DNA of 64,000 nucleotides from Eledone cirrhosa (GCA_964016885.1 OZ024760.1:22816001-22880000); one strand, 5' to 3'. Positions 16,796-31,659 are shown, counted from the first letter of the stretch. Notes: generated from the sequence alone by a model not told the origin. Translations and numbers: made by a program.

Positions 16796-16870
16796 TATAT
16801 ATAAGATTTCTACATTACGGTTTTTTTTTCCTACTCACATACACAATCACGCCAATATTGAAACATGCAC

Positions 16871-16945
<75 letters not shown>

Positions 16946-17236
16946 TAATTTATAATATAATATATATTCGTATATATATGTATACATATATATACATATA
17001 TATATGTATATATATATATATATCTATATATATATATCTACATATATATACATATATATGTATATGTGTGTATATATATATATACATATATATATATGTA
17101 TATATATATGTATATATATATGTATATATATATGTATATATATATGTATATATGCGTATATATATATGTATATATATCTATATATATATGTATATGTATG
17201 TATATATATATATGTATATGTATGTATATATATATG

Positions 17237-17270
<34 letters not shown>

Positions 17271-19049
17271 TATATGTATATGTATGTATATATAAATATA
17301 TGTATATGTATGTATATATATATATGTATATGTATATATGTATATGTATATATATATATGTATATGTATGTATATATATATATGTATATGTATGTATATA
17401 TATATATATGTATATGTATGTATATATATATATATGTATATGTATGTATATATATATATGTATATGTATGTATATATGTATATGTATGTATATATATATA
17501 TGTATATGTACGTATATATGTATATATATATATGTATACGTATGTATATATGTATATGTATGTATATATGTATATGTATGTATGTATATATATATACATA
17601 TATATATATGCACATACAGACGCGGACACACACACACATATATATACTATATATATATATATATATAAACACAAACATACATACGTATATATATTATATT
17701 ATAAATATATATATATTTCTGATATGTATGTAATTACGTGCTTTGTATAATTAGATGGTGTATATCAAGATTATTTGATATACAGAATATCAAAAGCTTC
17801 GCTATATATACATGTGTGCATATATACAGATAGTGCGTATGTAATGTCAGTGCAGTATTTAGTTCGCTAATCTAATATAGTCGAATTCTTCTATGGCTTG
17901 GTTATCAATAAATAAACAAACAACTGAATACATAAATATATGTATAGATAAATAAATAAATAATCTTTAAAACGAACTAATAAAATGGAAATTTATGTTT
18001 TGGAGTAGAACGGTAATCAATATAATGAAACAGAAGCTGTGTATACATGGAAGAATATTTTGTTAAATTTTCCTTTCTGCAGTGTATTTCTTTGTTTCAT
18101 CAATTTGAGCCGCTCTGTAATATTTGCATGTGTGCACGAAAGCGATTAGAGCAAAACATTGTTCTTCTATGTTATTCGTATCAAGACTATGGTCTACTAT
18201 TTAATATGTATAGAGAAATTCTGAAACTTCTCGTGCACTTCCATCCTTGTATATATGATTACATTGCTCTTGGAGGTGTTGTAGGGATGTTGTTATGGTA
18301 TCTGGTGCCCCTTCTGGCATTTTAAATCTAGCGGAGACTATACATTAGCAAATATAAATATAGGCTTTACTAAATGTATGTTTCATGATTGTTTTTCATT
18401 TTCTATAAGTCACGATCTCTCTTTTCTTCCTTTGAAAACTTTGAATTCAGAATTGTGCGGAATACTTACTTCTCCTTCAAAAGCAAGAAAGGTCGTGGTG
18501 TTCCAGATTGGACCAAGGAAATCTCATATTGATCTTTCCATTGGAGATAGTATCTGCCGGTCACAATCCCAGACAGAAGATTTACTGATTTTCCGATCAA
18601 GGAAGGCAGTATTTTAGATCCTAACATACTCAAAATGAAACAGAAAATATACAAAAACCTTTCTTTAACAATTTCGATCTTTAACAATTCAACTACTCTT
18701 TAATCTCAGAACTGGTTCTTAATCAACCCTAGAAACATCATATCAATTTTCCTTTCTACAGCGTATTTCGTTGTTTCATCAATTTGAGCCACTTTGTAAT
18801 ATTTGCATGTGTGCACGAAAGCGATTAGAGCAAAACATTGTTCTCCTATAATATTCGTATCAAAACTATAGTCTGCTATTTGATATGTATAGAGAAACTA
18901 TGAAACTTCTCGTGCACTTCTATCCTTGTATATATGATTACATACCTGTGTTGGTAGGATCTGTGTTGTAGGTATCTGATGTCGCTTCAGGTATTTTAGA
19001 TCTAGCGGAGACCATACCATATCAAATATAAATAGAGCCGTGTAATGGT

Positions 19050-19400
19050 GGTGTATGGTGACTGATGGTACAAGGAAAGCCCCCTGGATAGGAAACCAGT
19101 CTCTTGCAGGGTTAAAGTCTCTCTCTCTATCCCCGAGGCTCATCAGACCGGTACTTATTCCAGTTTCTGTGACGTCAGGCGACTGAGGATAGAAGAATGC
19201 CCTCTACAGAGGACGCCAGTCCATCTCAGGGTTAGACCCCAGGTATAGCTGGTACTCGATTTCATCTAATCATACTGGTGCAACGTACAATGAAGTGTTT
19301 TGTTCAAGAACTCATCATACATCCCAGTCCAGGAAAGAAACCCATGACATTATGGCGTAAATCCAAGACCCTTATCAATAGCCCTAGCGCCTCCACAAAA
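19050..19400 (-). mobile_element. Decayed SINE (third family)
   Basis: GGACGCCAGTCCATCTCAGGGTTA...GCTGGTAC...TGAAGTGTTTTGTTCAAGAAC; absent from the paralogous copy. Confidence 0.55.
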
Positions 19401-19587
19401 GAGAAAGATACTCCACAATATTTCTTCTAAAATATTGAACATCTGGTCAACTACTCAAGACTTTACTCGGAAAATAATCTGTTCTGTTTTATCTTGTCTA
19501 AATGTATGTTTCATGATTTTAGTTCATTTTCTCTAATTTATGATCTCAATTTTCTTCCTTTGAATTCAGAATTGCGCGCAATACGTA

Positions 19588-19922
19588 CAGGCCACCTAGT
19601 TCACCAGATATCACTCGCTTGGACTTATTTCTATGGGGTTATATTAAGGATATCGTGTATTGAACAAGGGTACAAGACATCACTGATCTAAAGTAAAAGA
19701 TCACTGATGCTATTGCCACCATTGATGAGGTTATGCTACAGCAAACATGGCAAGAAATCTAGTACCGTCTTGATATCCTTCGTGCCCATATAGAGGTGTA
19801 TTAAATTAGTTACAAAAACTTCAATATCTACTCCTCATTTCGAAACAATTTTCACATATTTGTCTGTTCATTTGTTTTTGTAATAATTTTTTAAATTGTA
19901 AAGAAACTTTATGGACACGCTG
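19588..19922 (+). mobile_element. Internally deleted Tc1/mariner transposon
   Basis: Encodes PPSSPDITRLDLFLWGYIKDIVY* (SPDL..DFFLWG motif); ends CAG...GGACACGCTG; TA on both sides; empty site at 18467-18468. Confidence 0.85.
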
Positions 19923-20667
19923 TACATCTTCAAAAGCAAGAAAAGTCGGGGTACTACAGATTGAACCAAAGAAATCTCATATTGGTTTTTCCATTGGAGA
20001 TAGTATCTGCCGGTCGCAATTCCAGACAGAAGATTGATTGATTTTCCGATGAAAAAAGGTAGCATTTTAGATTCTAACTTACTCAAAAACGGAAAATATA
20101 CACAAAGCCTTCTTTCAGTTCGATCCGTAACAATTCAACCACTCTTCCACCCCTGAACTGATAATTAATCAATCCAAGAAACAATATATCTACCTCAGCA
20201 TCGACCTGATTCGAAATCTGAATCAAACGCATTACATATTTCTCTATCATGTTTGATCACAATAATTATAAGCTGTTCATTCCTATACTTGGTTGGGCTA
20301 GAGAGGAGATAGGCGTAACTGACGACTGCTGCTGAAGTTGAAGGGCTTAAATCAATGTTGCATATTTTATGATCTGGTAATATTAAACGGAAATGAGATA
20401 TAATTGCCACTTTGTAGAGCATCGTTCACTGATCTATCACCCGTAAATAGTCCATGATATTTAGATTAACAACTTAGAGCTGTTTCTAAACCTCTTCTCA
20501 TCAAATATTTATAATTCAGAAATACTTCCACTACCATAACCGACATGGATATAAGCATAATTGTAAGAACTTACACGTCAGTTCAATCTCTCACCGACAT
20601 CTTCTTTTGGTCAATAACCTTGTAAATTAGTTTTTTTAGACGTATCTAACGGCTGCTTGAGTCATCG

Positions 20668-20808
20668 AATTGGCAGAGTCGTTAGAGTGATTTGTAGAAT
20701 TAATTTCGTATCTCTGTTCTCTGAGTTCAAATCCCGCCGAGGTCAACTTTGACTTTCATCCATTCATGGTCGATAAAAAATGTACCAGTCGAGTACTGGG
20801 GTCGATTA
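20668..20808 (+). mobile_element. tRNA-derived SINE (older copy)
   Basis: CTGAGTTCAAATCCCGCCGAGGTCAACTTTGACTTTCATCC core. Confidence 0.85.
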
Positions 20809-21953
20809 TTTCTATATATCTCTTACTCATTTTATTTCACTCACTCTCCCTCTCTCTCTCCTTCTTTGGAAGAAATCTACTGTATTCTGACCAGATGTGT
20901 TCCGGCAGTTTTAAAAATGCACTAGAAACGTCATATGTCAATATGACGCCTCTACGACTCCCTCGGGAATTATGGGTTCATACCATATCATATCAAATTG
21001 TTCTTAGCGGCAGCAGACGATTCAGAATCGTCTTCGCGATTATCAGTTGATTGAAGTGTATTTCCACTCGTTATCTTCAGGTGGTGAGTCTCTATTTGTA
21101 TGTCTGCACTCTATGACCCCTTTCTTGACACATTTAATCAACACGTTATTCCTCTGCCATTTCCAATATCTATCTAAAAATTTCAATTAAGACCAATTAG
21201 TAAAGTTGTAATTGGTGGAATAAGGTGTTGTGTATCTCTGTGCAGCGTGTCTTGTTTTTCAACACTATTGTGATTCCGTGTAACATATACAACATGTGTC
21301 CGAACACAAGAGAACCAAACTCACACTGTCACACCATCCGTCCCTCCCTCTCTCACAATCTCCCACTATTATCAGCAAATGGGGGCCTACACGCTGGCTG
21401 CCCCGCGGCCTCAGCGGAAAGAATTGCAAAGGCGTTTCCCCGGGTATATGGTGAGGGAGACGCACTGGAAGAACCATTCCAACTGACGAGGCTAAGATAT
21501 AGGTATTTCACTGGTCTGGGTGGGTGTATAGAGGAGGTGGTTTAGACATGTGGTTTAGACATTTCCTAAAATACTACAGGGTGTGGTAAATAAACAGTAT
21601 CCATAGCCATTTATATGAGCTCTGAGATAAGATATGAGGGTATCGCACACTAGTGTGCGAGGGCAAATGCTTTCGAAAGGGGGGATCAAGTTAAAAATAC
21701 CGAAAGATCTGATGTTGGTATTAAAACGACCGAAATATTGCGTCAGGAATATATATATATGCTACTAGCATTTTAAGGGGTCCGTCGAACTGTGGATTAT
21801 TGCGTCGGGTAAGATCGATACAGATCGAACCTTGAGCTGATCAGTGGCGAAACGCGCGTCACCTAACAATAAATGTAATGAAGGAGTAACCAATCGTCCT
21901 TGTTATCTTTTCAATATATATATATATATATATATATATACAGTATATATATA

Positions 21954-22180
21954 TATTATAAGAACAGATTAAAGTTTAAGCAAAGAATCGCCGCTTTCAC
22001 CCTTAACGAGATCTTCTGACTTTCAGAAGATCCTATTAACAGTGAAAGCGGCGATTCTTTGCTTAAACTTTGATATGTTCTTATAATACATATCTGCTCT
22101 ACGGGTTTATATATATATATATTATATTTTTATAATCCTTATCGAGCCCTCTTTGGATTTTAGTCTTCACATTTATTATT
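21954..22180 (+). mobile_element. PLE-type 3'-end hairpin, family B
   Basis: Palindrome 21954-22088 centred at 22021 beside CAGAAGA...GTGAAAGC; family-B tail. Confidence 0.75.
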
Positions 22181-22371
22181 TTTATCTAAAGACATTTTTT
22201 TCAATTCCATCCCGCCTGTCCTCTCAATCTATCTTATTTCTCATTCTTTCTTCTGATGAAGGACTAGCCTTCCTCAACGTTAAGACACTCTTCCTGCTAT
22301 ATCAAGCGTTAACCTGATATATACCTTCCATATACCGTACCGATTGTGTTGTTATTTCTGTTTACCTTTTA
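22181..22371 (+). mobile_element. PLE-type 3' end, family X (decayed hammerhead at ~22250)
   Basis: Homologous to 29805-29993. Confidence 0.65.
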
Positions 22372-22800
22372 CACACACAAAAAAAAAAAAATATATATAT
22401 ATATATATATGCGATGAAATACCCATGATCGTTTGGTAAATCGCTGATGAGGGACTCATTTTATAACATGTTATCCATGTGCAACCAGCAGTATTCTTCT
22501 CACCCATATTTTCATATATATATATGTGTGTGTGTGTGTATATACCGAATTTATGTGGTGGGTGGGTGTATATATGTATATAGTTTATCCCTAAAATCTA
22601 TTTCATCTACTCAAGGAAGATTTGTTTTGCAGACAAGTTCTCTTCTCATCAGGTAGCAGCTGCGAATTAATATTTAGATATTTTATTGTACATATTCAAT
22701 GTCGTATTCATTTGATGTGAATTGACTTTCCTGGGAGAATATATATTAGTATGCACACACACACACACACCTACACATAGACACACGCACACACGACATA

Positions 22801-22889
<89 letters not shown>

Positions 22890-23204
22890 TATATATATTT
22901 AGCGTATTTATGTGGAGGTGTATGTATATATACATATTGCGTATTTATGTGGGTGTGTGTGTGTGTTTGTGTATATATGTATATATGTATACGGGCATAT
23001 ATGTTTATATATATACATATATACATTCACATACATACCCCGCTGGGCATGAAAGACGCGGGATGCTAACATGATGAATAATAATAGTTTTATTGAAACA
23101 GTTAATTATTTTTTAGTCATTATATAATTATTAATTGAATTCATGATATACAACTTAAAATACTTAAAATACAATGAATTGTTAATATTTTGATTTGAAG
23201 TCTC

Positions 23205-24182
23205 TCATTTACATTTGAATATATCCCAACCACTGTTAATCGTGAGAATAGCGAAGACGTAAGGCTAAATTGGTAGAAGTGTTGGTCTGAGTGTCATTAG
23301 TACTTGGGTTTCTTCTTAGAAGTTTGCATTATCTCTCATTTATATATGAATATATCCCAGCCACTGTGAAGAGCCAAACACTCGATAATGAGAAGGCTAA
23401 ATTGCTAGAATTGTTGGACTCAGGGTCAGATGTCTGTATTTTCTTACATTTATATATGAGTATATCTCACCCACCGTTAATAGCCAAACACGCGATTGTC
23501 AGAATAGCGAAGACAGAAGGCTAACTTGGTAGAATTGTTGGACTCTTGGTCATCACTACTTGGATTTTGTCTTAGAAGTCTGTATTATCTCTCATTTATA
23601 TATGAATATATCCCAGCCACTGTGAAGAGCCTAACCCGTGATAATCAGAATAGAGAAGACGGAAGGCTAACTTGGTAGAATTGTTGGACTCAGGGTCATC
23701 AGTATTTGGGCTAAATTGGTTTAAGTGTTGGACTGAGGGTCATAAGTACCTGGGCTAAATTGGTAGAAGTGTTGGACTCAGGGTCGTACGTACTCGGGCT
23801 AAATTGGTAGAAGTGTTGGACTGAGGGTCATAAGTACTTGGGCTAAATTAGTAAGTGTTGGACTGAGGGTCATAAGTACTTGGGCTATATTGTTAGAAGT
23901 GTTGGACTGAGGGTCATCAGTACCTGGGCTAAATTGGTAGAAATGTTGGACTGAGGGTCATAAGTACTTGGGCTAAATTGGTAGAAGTGTAGGACTGAGG
24001 GTCATAAGTACTTGGGTTTCGTCTTAGAAGTCTGTATTTTCTCTCAGTTATATTTCAATATATCACAGCCACCGTCAAGAGCCTAACCCACGATTATCAG
24101 AGTAGTGAGGGGAAATGGATCAATTAGTAGAAGTGTTGGCCTTTGGTCACAAGTCCTTGAGTTTCACCTTAGAAGCGTGTAT
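23205..24182 (+). repeat. Higher-order satellite: ~130-145-bp units plus ~42-bp tRNA-like subunit x ~8
   Basis: GGCTAAATTGGTAGAAGTGTTGGACTGAGGGTCATAAGTACTTG repeated over 23664-24015. Confidence 0.9.
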
Positions 24183-24387
24183 TCTCCAGCAAAAGGATAT
24201 ACATGTCAGTTTTATTATTTTTTATTTTGATGGTCCTAGGGATTCTATCCTTTAAACAACCAAGAAATCACCAGGAAAGCTTTCCCGGTGATTTTATTTG
24301 AATGAAACAGTTCTAAACCTGTAGAAGTTATTTCTATATTAAACATGATGTTTATACTCTACTAATGAATTGAATATATTACTTAGT

Positions 24388-24573
24388 GCGGTGGTTTGGC
24401 AGTACCGGTAGAGCGTCAGACACCATGCTTTGCAGCATAGAGTTATGGCCCTTTGCGTTCTGAGTTCAAGTCCGCCGAGGTTAACTTTGCCTTTCGTCCC
24501 GACGAGGTTTATAAAGTAAAATACCAGTGATGCACTGGGGTAATCACTGGTCTTGTGCCAAAAGTAGAAATTA
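24388..24573 (+). mobile_element. tRNA-derived SINE
   Basis: Matches consensus. Confidence 0.88.
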
Positions 24574-25027
24574 TATTACTTACAGTGGTTGCCCCCGATT
24601 AAACCCAAGACTCTCTCTCTGTCTCTGTCTCTGTCACACACGCACACACACATACACATCTAATAAATCGAATAAAGGTGAAGCTGCTTCAGTATTTCAG
24701 TAAATAGGGCGTCGTAAGTACATCAGAATCCATCGTCCTACCTTCAAAGAGAAAGAAGATGGCAACACCTATTCGATAAACCTAACAAATCCATTTGATC
24801 TACTTAAACCTGTTTTATCTAGTTCTTTCTTTCAAAAAAAGAATCCAATAAGTTTTGTTCCCAGAGACAACCAGTTAAGATTTAAACGTTTTCCGCTGCA
24901 TTATGGAGATTTAAGTATGGTCGACATTTTACTACACTTGTTCTTCTGATGTATTTAGAGAATGGAGCTTAGGGAAGATAGAGCTTCGATTTCTCTTGAT
25001 ATAAGGTTAGAGTGATAGAGAGTTATA

Positions 25028-26795
25028 GTGGTGGTGGCTTAGGTGATGGTGGTGGTGGTGGTGGTGGTGCTGGCGGTAGTGATGTAGAAGTTGGTGATGG
25101 TAGTTGAGGAGGTTGTGGTGGTGAGCTAAATTGCTGGTAGTTGTGGTGGTGGTGATGGTGAAGTGTGTTGGTGGTAGTTATGGTGGTGGTGATGCTGGGG
25201 TATATTGGTGGTGGTGGTGGTGATGATGGTGAAGAATATTGGTGGTAGTTGTGATGGTGGTGATGTTGAAGTGTGTTGGTGGTAGTTATGGTGGTGGTGA
25301 TGCTGGGATATATTGGTGGTGGTGGTGGTGATGATGGTGAGGTATATTGGTGGTGGTGGTGGTGATGGTGAGGTATATTGGTGGTAGTAGTGGTGGTGGT
25401 GGTGATGGTGAGGTATATTGGTGGTAGTAGTGGTGGTGGTGGTGATGTGAGGTATATTGGTGGTAGTAGTGGTGGTGGTGGTGGTGATGGTGAGGTATAT
25501 TGGTGGTAGTAGTGGTGGTGGTGATGGTGAGGAATATTGGTGGTATTGTGATGGTGGTGATGGTGAAGTGTGTTGGTGGTAGTTATGGTGGTGGTGGTGA
25601 TGGTGAGGTATATTGGTGGTAGTAGTGGTGGTGGTGGTGATGGTGAGGTATATTGGTGGTGGTGGTGGTGATGGTGAGGAATATTGGTGGTAGTTGTGAT
25701 GGTGGTGATGGTGAGGTATATTGGTGGTAGTGGTGGTGGTGGTGGTGATGGTGAAGTGTGTTGGTGGTAGTAGTGGTGGTGGTGGTGATGGTGAGGTATA
25801 TTGGTGGTAGTTGTGGTGGTGGTGGTGATGGTGGTGTATATTGGTGGTGGTGGTGGTGATGGTGAGGAATATTGGTGGTAGTTGTGATGGTGGTGATGGT
25901 GAAGTGTGTTGGTGGTAGTTATGGTGGTGGTGATGGTGAGGTGTATTGGTGGTAGTAGTGGTGGTGGTGGTGATGGTGAGGTATATTGGTGGTAGTAGTG
26001 GTGATGGTGAGGTATATTGGTGGTAGTTGTGGTGGTGGTGGTGATGGTGATGTATATTGGTGGTAGTAGTGGTGGTGGTGGTGATGGTGAGGTATATTGG
26101 TGGTAGTAGTGGTGATGGTGAGGTATATTGGTGGTAGTTGTGGTGGTGGTGGTGATGGTGAGGTATATTGGTGGTAGTAGTGGTGATGGTGAGGTATATT
26201 GGTGGTAGTTGTGGTGGTGGTGGTGGTGGTGGTGGTGATGGTGAGGAATATTGGTGGTAGTAGTGGTGGTGGTGGTGATGGTGAGGTATATTGGTGGTAG
26301 TAGTGGTGGTGGTGGTGATGGTGAGGTATATTGGTGGTAGTAGTGGTGATGGTGAGGTATATTGGTGGTAGTTGTGGTGGTGGTGGTGATGGTGAGGTAT
26401 ATTGGTGGTAGTAGTGGTGGTGGTGGTGATGGTGAGGTATATTGGTGGTAGTAGTGGTGATGGTGAGGTATATTGGTGGTAGTTGTGGTGGTGGTGGTGG
26501 TGGTGGTGGTGATGGTGAGGAATATTGGTGGTAGTAGTGGTGGTGGTGGTGATGGTGAGGTATATTGGTGGTAGTAGTGGTGGTGGTGGTGATGGTGAGG
26601 TATATTGGTGGTAGTAGTGGTGGTGGTGGTGATGATGGTGGTGATGGTGAGGAATATTGGTGGTAGTTATGGTGGTGGTGATGGTGAGGTATATTGGTGG
26701 TAGTAGTGGTGGTGGTGGTGATGGTGAGTATATTGGTGGTAGTTGTGATGGCGGTGATGGTGAGGTATATTGGCGGTAGTTGTGGTCGTGGCGGT
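25028..26795 (+). repeat. GGT-rich variable-length minisatellite
   Basis: Core GATGGTGAGGTATATTGGTGGTAG plus a variable (TGG)n. Confidence 0.95.
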
Positions 26796-26925
26796 GCTGC
26801 AGTCCTACAAATGTCATACAACATCATTTTTACATTGATCGATCTTGCTTTATTGCTGATCTAATAGTACAGAGGAATTTGCGGCTTTTAGGGGAAAAAT
26901 CACTTCTATGACATAAAATGCAGTA

Positions 26926-26927
<2 letters not shown>

Positions 26928-26961
<34 letters not shown>

Positions 26962-27400
26962 GTAATGTATATAAAATAAAATATATCATATATATATATA
27001 TATAATATGTAATGTATATAAAATAAAATATATCATATATATATATATATAATATGTAATGTATATGAAATAAAATATATCATATATATATATATATAAT
27101 ATGTAATGTATATAAAATAAAATATATCATATATATATATATATAATATGTAATGTATATAAAATAAAATATATCATATATATATATATATAATATGTAA
27201 TGTATATAAAATAAAATATATCATATATATATATATATAATATGTAATGTATATGAAATAAAATATATCATATATATATATATATAATATGTAATGTATA
27301 TAAAATAAAATATATCATATATATATATATATATATAATATGTAATGTATATAAAATAAAATATATCATATATATACACATATCATATGTAATATATATG
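26928..27400 (+). repeat. ~47-bp AT-rich minisatellite
   Basis: CA(TA)nATATGTAATGTATATAAAATAAAATATAT x ~9. Confidence 0.9.
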
Positions 27401-27470
27401 AAATATATGATATATATATATATATTCATATGTAATATGTAAGGTATATGAAATAAAAAAATATCATATA

Positions 27471-27524
<54 letters not shown>

Positions 27525-28077
27525 AAGATATATATAATATATTATATATGTAATGTATATACAATAAAATATATAATATATGAGTGTGTGTGTGTATGTA
27601 TGTGTATATATATATGTGTGTGTGTAGTTATGTGTGTATATATGTGTGTATGTATGTATATATCTATATATATATATATATGTGTGTGAGTGTGTGTGTG
27701 TGTATATGTGTGTGTGTGTTTATATGTATGTGTATATATATATATATGTGTGTGTGCGTGTGTATGTGTATATGTGTATGTGTGTCTGTATGTATGTGTG
27801 TGTATGTATATATGTGTGTATATATGTATATGTGTATATGTATGTGTGTATATATGTATGCGAGTGTATACCTGGCGAATGATTATTTTCTTCTCTATCT
27901 ATGTCGACTTAAACGCCGACACATCTTCCTATTCATCCATTCACACAGCTTTATGATCTGAAAGCCATATTATTCAATGCACCGCCATTTTTTTTCTGGA
28001 TGCAGACACAGACGCACACACACACCCGCACACACACACACGCACACACACACACATATATATGTACATGTATATAT

Positions 28078-28101
28078 ACATACATGCATTTATATACATA
28101 A

Positions 28102-28141
<40 letters not shown>

Positions 28142-28495
28142 GTGTATTCATATATAAATACATACAATTTTGTATATATACGTACATAAATGTATGTATT
28201 TATAAATATATTCATACATGCATTTATATACATAAGCATATATATATATTTATATATATATATATATATACATATACATGTGTATTCATATATAAATACA
28301 TACACTTTTGTATATATACGTACATAAATGTATGTATTTATAAATATATTCATACATGCATTTATATACATAAGCATATATATATATTTATATATATATA
28401 TACATATACATGTGTATTCATATATAAATACATACAATTTTGTATATATACGTACATAAATGTATGCATTTATAAATATATACATGTGTGTATAT
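28078..28495 (+). repeat. ~135-bp unit x 3
   Basis: TACATGCATTTATATACATAAGCA...TACGTACATAAATGTATG repeated. Confidence 0.85.
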
Positions 28496-28566
28496 ATAGA
28501 TTGATGCATTTATATATATATATATACGTTTACATATACATACACACACACACACACAGACACACG

Positions 28567-28648
<82 letters not shown>

Positions 28649-28901
28649 CATATATATAAATATATATATATACATTTATATATGTTCATACATTCATACA
28701 TACATACATACGTACGTACACACCGTAATACAATGGAATATTGTTGTTGGAAATCTGGTGATTTGCTCTCCATTAAGATAAAGATGATAAAGCTAGATAA
28801 GCTGGCTTTGTCTTAACCGCATTGAGAATTGCATCTCAGAGAGGAAGTCAATATGTCTAACCAGGTACCACTATTTTCCGTCACATAAGTCATTTTTATA
28901 T

Positions 28902-28941
<40 letters not shown>

Positions 28942-29096
28942 TATGCATACGTACATACATATATGTATACAGACGTACAGTAGTATGTATATACATACAT
29001 ACATGCACACACATATATATATGTACGTATGAGTTTACCGATGATTTATGAGAAATGAAATTTCATTTTTTCCATATATATATATATATATATATG

Positions 29097-29660
29097 GTAA
29101 ATTTCTTTAAGTCGTTTGGAAGCCTCGACAATGCAAATGGGTAAATCTCCGGTTTAGAAGATCCGGTGGTGGAGAGAGAGATGTAAGTGGTTGTACGTTG
29201 AGATGTGTGGCGTGTATAAGACGTGTAGAGGAATGAAGGAAAGAGCATAAAGGATAAAAACAACAAACAGCGGAGGACACGTTTCGCACCTTTCCGACAG
29301 ACAACCTTTCCCCCACCCCGGAAAAATACCCCCAGTTGATGGATGTGAATCCGAAATATATAAGGACAATTAAATCTCTCCCAAGGTAACTCTCTCTCGT
29401 GTTGTTATTTTATTTTATCCTTTATGCTCTTTCCTTCATTCCTCTACACGTCTTATACACGCCACGCATCTCAACGTACACCCACTTACATCTCTCTCTC
29501 CACCACCGGATCTTGTTACTCGGAGATTTACCCATTTGCATTGTCGAGACTTCCAAACGACTTAAAGAAATTTACCTTATTATTCCACAATGCTTCAAGC
29601 AAACAATTGTTCTGCATCCCCCTGCATAGAACCACCTAGGTACTGTGACATAACTTATGT
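29097..29660 (+). mobile_element. PLE-type inverted-repeat insertion, family I
   Basis: Arms 29097-29262 / 29410-29577; GAAACGTGTC on the minus strand near 29275; 3' part similar to minus-strand 63089-63140. Confidence 0.65.
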
Positions 29661-29709
29661 ATTTGCTAGCATTAGTGTACATCTGTACGCATATGTTGGT
29701 AAATATACT

Positions 29710-29786
<77 letters not shown>

Positions 29787-29870
29787 CGTAATCATACGTA
29801 CACCTGTTATTTTTGTCTAAAGGCATTTTTTCCAATTCCAACCCGCAAATCTATCTTATTTGTCATTCTT

Positions 29871-29903
29871 TCTTCTGATGAAGGACTAGCGTCCGAAACA
29901 TGA
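29871..29903 (+). ncRNA. Hammerhead core in family X (29805-29993)
   Basis: TCTT-CTGATGA-A-GGAC-TAGC-GTCC-GAAAC; the stem I partner (TTAAGA) survives only in the 22250 copy. Confidence 0.6.
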
Positions 29904-30048
29904 AAACCATCTTCCTGCTATATCAAGCGTTAACCTAATACATCCCTTCCGTATATTGTACCGATTGTGTTGTTATTTATGTTTAACTTTTACATACATA
30001 TATATATATATATGTGTGTGTGTGTATATATATGTATGTATGTGTGTG

Positions 30049-30106
<58 letters not shown>

Positions 30107-30376
30107 TGTGTGTGTGTATATATATATGTGTGTGTGTGTGTGTGTATATATATGTGTGTGTATATATATGTGTGTGTGTGTATATATATATGTGTGTGTG
30201 TGTATATATATATATATATGTGTGTGTGTATATATATATATATATGTGTGCGTGTGTATATATGTATATGTGTGTGTGTGTATATATATATATATGTGTG
30301 TGTGTATATATATATATATGTGTGTGTGTATATATATATATGTGTGTGTATATATATATATGTGTGTGTATGTGTG

Positions 30377-30417
<41 letters not shown>

Positions 30418-30792
30418 ATGTGTGTATATATAAATATATATATATATGTATGTGTGGATGTTTGTTTCCCTTTATATCTGGGTCTGTGTTATACGCCATA
30501 ACTTAACTCGTCTAAAATATGAGATCCCTAAAATAACCGGGAACGATATCTAATGGGCATGATATGAACGATTGGATCTCTACTTCAGATCTAATATCAT
30601 TGCAGATGATATATCGCTGCATGTATTGTCTATTCCTCTGGCATGCTTTGTTAATTCTCTGAACACGCCTGAAGCCAGCCGGTAGCCGGCATTATCTTGT
30701 ATAAACATGTATATATAATTATATTCAAATATATACATATACACGCACACACACGCACACACATACACACACACACATATATATATATATCC

Positions 30793-30846
<54 letters not shown>

Positions 30847-31421
30847 TTATATATATATTACACGTGTATACATACATACATACATACATACACAAGAACG
30901 TGTATGTGCATATATCTATACAATTACACGTGTATACATACACACACAATAACGTGTCTGTGTATATACATATATATATATACGCAAACAACTACACGTG
31001 TATCCATACATACAGACACAAGAACGTGTCTCTGCATAAATTTATATATTATATATCTTCAGGTATGTTTTTAATTTTTGTCAAGACATCAGTTGTAAAT
31101 ATAAAATGAATAAATAAATAATTGTATTTAAAATAAAACATAGAATAAACATCATTAAAATTAATATTTTTGCTACAAAATTCAGACAAAGATGGCGAAA
31201 CAAATATAAAATGTTGAGAGCATAGACAAATAAAAGCATAAATAAAATTAAAAATATGACAGACATCTAGAAATTGTTAAATATATTGATAAATGTCATT
31301 GTTAGAGAATTCCATTTTGTATGTATTTAAATTCTTCATTAATTCAACTTCTCATATTTGTTTGTACTTCAAAGAAAACGCCGAATTAAAGATACTACCC
31401 AGAAACCATACCTACACATAC

Positions 31422-31452
<31 letters not shown>

Positions 31453-31507
31453 CGTAAATAGATATACAAATATGGGTGCACATCTCCCCACCCCTTCTCT
31501 CTCTCTC

Positions 31508-31546
<39 letters not shown>

Positions 31547-31601
31547 GTCTCTCTCTCTCTCTCCCTCTCTCTCTCTATATATATATATACATATATAAAT
31601 A

Positions 31602-31651
<50 letters not shown>

Positions 31652-31659
31652 TACATACT

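Larger units (their letters stand above)
18065..20195 (+). repeat. Local tandem duplication (~680-bp unit), second copy interrupted by insertions
   Basis: 18065-18350 matches 18745-19030; 18370-18745 matches 19499-19587 plus 19925-20195. Confidence 0.85.

Noticed and set aside
21708-21862. Two hammerhead-like strings (CTGATGT..GAAATATT; CCTTGA..GAAACGCGCGTC)
   Set aside because: Broken cores and no convincing stem I; possibly decayed PLE motifs.
25126-26827. 563-aa and 302-aa His/Pro/Thr ORFs
   Set aside because: The minisatellite cycles through all three frames; not a protein.
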